Shown here piece after piece: positions 61,060 to 64,000 of a DNA stretch of 64,000 nucleotides (its first letter is position 1; each line of letters begins with the position of its first letter). The translations under genes and the position numbers were made by a program. Source of the DNA: Vicinamibacterales bacterium (lineage in GTDB: Bacteria; Acidobacteriota; Vicinamibacteria; Vicinamibacterales; UBA2999); assembly GCA_965262505.1 (NCBI GenBank), contig CBDHFM010000030.1, positions 779,244-843,243 of the forward strand, read 5' to 3'. The notes beneath the pieces were generated by a model. It saw only the letters and a program-made list of their open reading frames with translations, was not told where the DNA came from and searched no databases.

Positions 61060-62084
61060 AAGCGCTTTTCAAATAGGCCTTGTACTACCTGGGGCGGTCG
61101 TGGTACTTCTGCGCGCACCGATGCAGGAGGGCCCGATGCGTGCCTATTCGATGGATCTGCGAGAGCGGGCGCTCCTCGACAGCGATGCCGGGATGACGGC
61201 GGCCGAGGTGGCGGCGAAGTACCGCGTGAGCGGGTCGTGGGTGCGGCTACTGAAACAGCGGCGGCGCGACACGGGCGAGGTGGCGCCTCGCGTCCAGCGA
61301 CATGGACGGCGCGGCATGCTTGAGCCGCACCTACACACCTTGGCCGCGCTGATTGCGGCGCACCCGGATCGCACGCTGGCTGAGCTGAAGGACGCCCTCG
61401 CCACGCCCGCGAGTGTGCCGACGGTCTGGCGCGCCGTGCGGGCCCTCGGCCTGACCGTTAAAAAACACGGTCCGCCCGTCCGAACACGATCGGCCTGACG
61501 TCGCGGCCGCGCGGGTCGCGTGGCACGCGGCGGCGCCGACCTGGGATGTCGCCCACCTCGTGTTTCTGGACGAAACCGGCATCACCACCAATCTGCTTCG
61601 GCGGTACGGCCGGGCACCGCGCGGCGCGCGCGTCCACGACCACGCCCCCTGCGGGCGCTGGCAGACCAGCACGTTTCTCGCCGCGTTGCGGGTCACGGGG
61701 CTGACCGCACCGGGGGTCTTCGACGGCGCGATCGATGGCGAGAGCTTCCGCGCCTACATCGAACAGATCCTGGTGCCGACCCTGCAGCCCGGCGACATCG
61801 TCATTGCCGACAATCTCGGGGCCCACAAGGTCGCCGGCATCCAACGCGCCATCCAGGCCGCCGGGGCCACCCTCTGGTACTTGCCACCCTACAGCCCGGA
61901 CCTCAATCCCATCGAGCTCTGCTTCGCGAAGCTCAAGGCCCTCGTTCGCACCGCTCGCTGTCGCAGCACCGAGACGCTCTGGCCGTTCCTCGGCGAGTGC
62001 TTGGCGCACTTCAGCACTGACGAATGCCGCAACTATGTTCGGCACTGCGGGTACGCGGCCGCCACACGGTCATGAAAAGCGCTT
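61060..62084 (+). mobile_element. IS630-family element, copy 2
   Basis: Near-identical to 18164-19187, inverted; TA flanks at 61058-9 and 62085-6. Confidence 0.93.
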
Positions 62085-63640
62085 TAGTGGAGCAGGATGT
62101 GGGCCAAGACCAGTGAGGCGAAGAGCCCCGCGCCGAACCGTGCCACGCCCCTATCGGGGGCCGCGATCAGGTCGCGGAACGGGATGCGCCATCCGTTGCG
62201 CCTCATCGTCGGCACGGCGACTGCGGTGAAGCTGAGCACGATGACCCACCCGGACCGCACGAGATAGCTCATCTCCGGCCAGACCAACGTGAACCCAAAA
62301 TACATGGCCATGCTGGCGAACACGGCTCCGAGGACGAGCCGCCGTGACGGCCGGATGAGAAAGACCGCGGCGGACACGAGCACCACGAACCCGTTCTTCA
62401 CGTAGTAGGACAACTCGTTGAACCAGTGCGTCAGCGGATCGTCCTGGAGACTGCCTGTCTTGAGGTAGACGACCAGGAAGGCAAAGAGCAGTCCGGTCCC
62501 GAGGGTGCCAACGATGGCCGATTTGCCCATGCGGACGACATCCTCGGGGGACGCGTTCGGCCGCAGGTGTCGCTTGTAGACGTCGATGGACCACAGAGTG
62601 GACACGGAGTGGAAGATGGAGTCGACCGTGCTCATCAGGGAGGCGAAGAGCCCGCAGACGATGAGGCCGCGCAGGCCGACCGGGAGGAACTGGGTGACAA
62701 GGATCATGTACGCCGTGTCCGGGTCGTCGAGGGGCGCGTCGGCCAGGATGCCGGCCATGGCGATCCCGGGGATGACGATGATGAGCAGCGTGACGTACTT
62801 GAGGACCCCGCCAACCAACAGGCCGACCTGGGCGTGCCGCAGGTTCTTCGCCGCCAGGGCCCGCTGGAGAATGACCTGGTTCGCTCCCCAGTAGTTCAAG
62901 TTCAAGAGGTTCATCCCGATGAGCGCGGTCCACGGCACGGTCGGATGGTCCCGGGGAAGGTGCAGGTGCATGAGGTGTCCCGTCCTGCCGAAGAGTTCCG
63001 ACCAGCCGCCGAGGTGATGCACGGCGATCGTGACCGTGATGAGCCCTCCACCGAGGAGCAAGACGAACTGGGCGATATCAGTTCGCACCACAGCACGCAA
63101 GCCGCCGAGGTAGGTATAGACTGCCGAGAAGGCCCCCAGAGCGACACTCAGGACGGCGAGCCGCACGGCCTGGCTGTCGCTGATCCACGCCACCATCTCA
63201 GAGAAGATGCCATCGAGCGCAAAGGCCGCCCAGAACAGCGTCGTGCCGAGGTAAAGCAGCGCGTAGAGCACAATCATCAGGAGTGCATACGTCAACGCGA
63301 CCCGTGGCCCGAAGCGCTGCTCGAAAAACTGGCTGATCGTGACGACCTTGAGTCGGAGATAGAGGGGGACGAAAAAGAAGGCGGCGATTACAATGCCGAA
63401 GATGGCGTTGAGCTCGAAGTTCCCCTGCGCCAGTCCACCCACGTAGGCCGCGCCGGCCACGGAGAGAAAGTGGCCGGCCTCGATGTTCGTCGCGATCGTC
63501 GACATCGCGATGGACGGCCACCGCAGCGAGCGCGAACTGAGGAAATACTCCTCGGGACCCACGTGTGCGTCGGCGCGCGCACGCAGGCCGATAACGAAAA
63601 TGACGGCGAAGTACGCGACGACAATCCCAAGGTCGATCAT
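62084..63640 (-). CDS. Sodium:solute symporter (SSS family)
   Basis: Many TM helices; YFLSSRSL.W..IAMSTIATNI, YTYLGGLRAVVRTD, WGANQVILQRALAA, ASLMSTVDS. Confidence 0.9.
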   Translation of the reverse strand: MIDLGIVVAYFAVIFVIGLRARADAHVGPEEYFLSSRSLRWPSIAMSTIATNIEAGHFLSVAGAAYVGGLAQGNFELNAIFGIVIAAFFFVPLYLRLKVVTISQFFEQRFGPRVALTYALLMIVLYALLYLGTTLFWAAFALDGIFSEMVAWISDSQAVRLAVLSVALGAFSAVYTYLGGLRAVVRTDIAQFVLLLGGGLITVTIAVHHLGGWSELFGRTGHLMHLHLPRDHPTVPWTALIGMNLLNLNYWGANQVILQRALAAKNLRHAQVGLLVGGVLKYVTLLIIVIPGIAMAGILADAPLDDPDTAYMILVTQFLPVGLRGLIVCGLFASLMSTVDSIFHSVSTLWSIDVYKRHLRPNASPEDVVRMGKSAIVGTLGTGLLFAFLVVYLKTGSLQDDPLTHWFNELSYYVKNGFVVLVSAAVFLIRPSRRLVLGAVFASMAMYFGFTLVWPEMSYLVRSGWVIVLSFTAVAVPTMRRNGWRIPFRDLIAAPDRGVARFGAGLFASLVLAHILLH

Positions 63641-63791
63641 GGACGGCGGCTAGGGCTGGGGCTCCACAGAGATATTCTCTGACCGGTCGCGCACCAGCAG
63701 CGACGCGCGCGGTCGCTTGGCAGGTGCGGAGAGCTTGCCCTCGGTGCGGTCTACTGACACAACTGAATCTTCTTCATGACCAAACCGCCCC

Positions 63792-64000
63792 TCAGCCGAC
63801 CATGGCAGAGCGCACAGGCAACGCTTCGGTCTCCAGCGCGGACAGGTCCAAGCGCTTGGACGCGTGGTCGATGTCAGAACCGAGCACGCTGCCGGCGGCG
63901 TCGAGATCGACGTTCAAGCCGTCCGAAACCTCGCGCGTCTCCGCGCCCGGTCCGGCCTTCAGTTCGACATAGAGGTTGTCGGTTTCTGGATAGTAATGAA
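63792..64000 (-). CDS. DUF2283-like small protein, 5' end outside the window
   Basis: HYYPETDNLYVEL...ETREVSDGLNVDLDAAGSVLGSDIDHAS. Confidence 0.7.
   Translation of the reverse strand, partial: HYYPETDNLYVELKAGPGAETREVSDGLNVDLDAAGSVLGSDIDHASKRLDLSALETEALPVRSAMVG

Overview
A GC-rich 64-kb accessory island that begins just past a housekeeping ABC-F gene (1-1458). Its contents, left to right: (i) a degenerate integron-like/defence segment (attC site, HEPN-like and nuclease-like ORFs, GmrSD fragment, fused AAA+DUF4435 gene, TM2, DUF4062); (ii) a decaying plasmid backbone (broken repA, intact higBA and parA plus partner); (iii) secreted and surface proteins (two TonB receptors, two metzincin peptidases, and LRR/FN3, Sel1, FN3/cadherin-like and autotransporter-like proteins); (iv) a one-polypeptide GAF-PAS-kinase-receiver-wHTH regulator; (v) two P4-like integrases and dense IS remnants (IS903-like IS5, IS630, IS3, IS1380, IS1182-like, IS110). 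The main unexplained structure is three families of short repeated junctions that divide the cargo into modules. First, seven co-oriented Tn5053/TniR-type res palindromes, each fused to a truncated resolvase start (6.9-28.3 kb). Second, three co-oriented ACTGCCA-N4-TGGCAGT palindromes with swapped flanks (35.6-42.6 kb). Third, Ser/Thr-kinase 5' fragments that all break near the same codons and bracket cargo genes (45-54 kb). No rRNA, tRNA or CRISPR array was found. All family calls come from motifs read by eye, without database searches, and some frameshifts may be sequencing errors.
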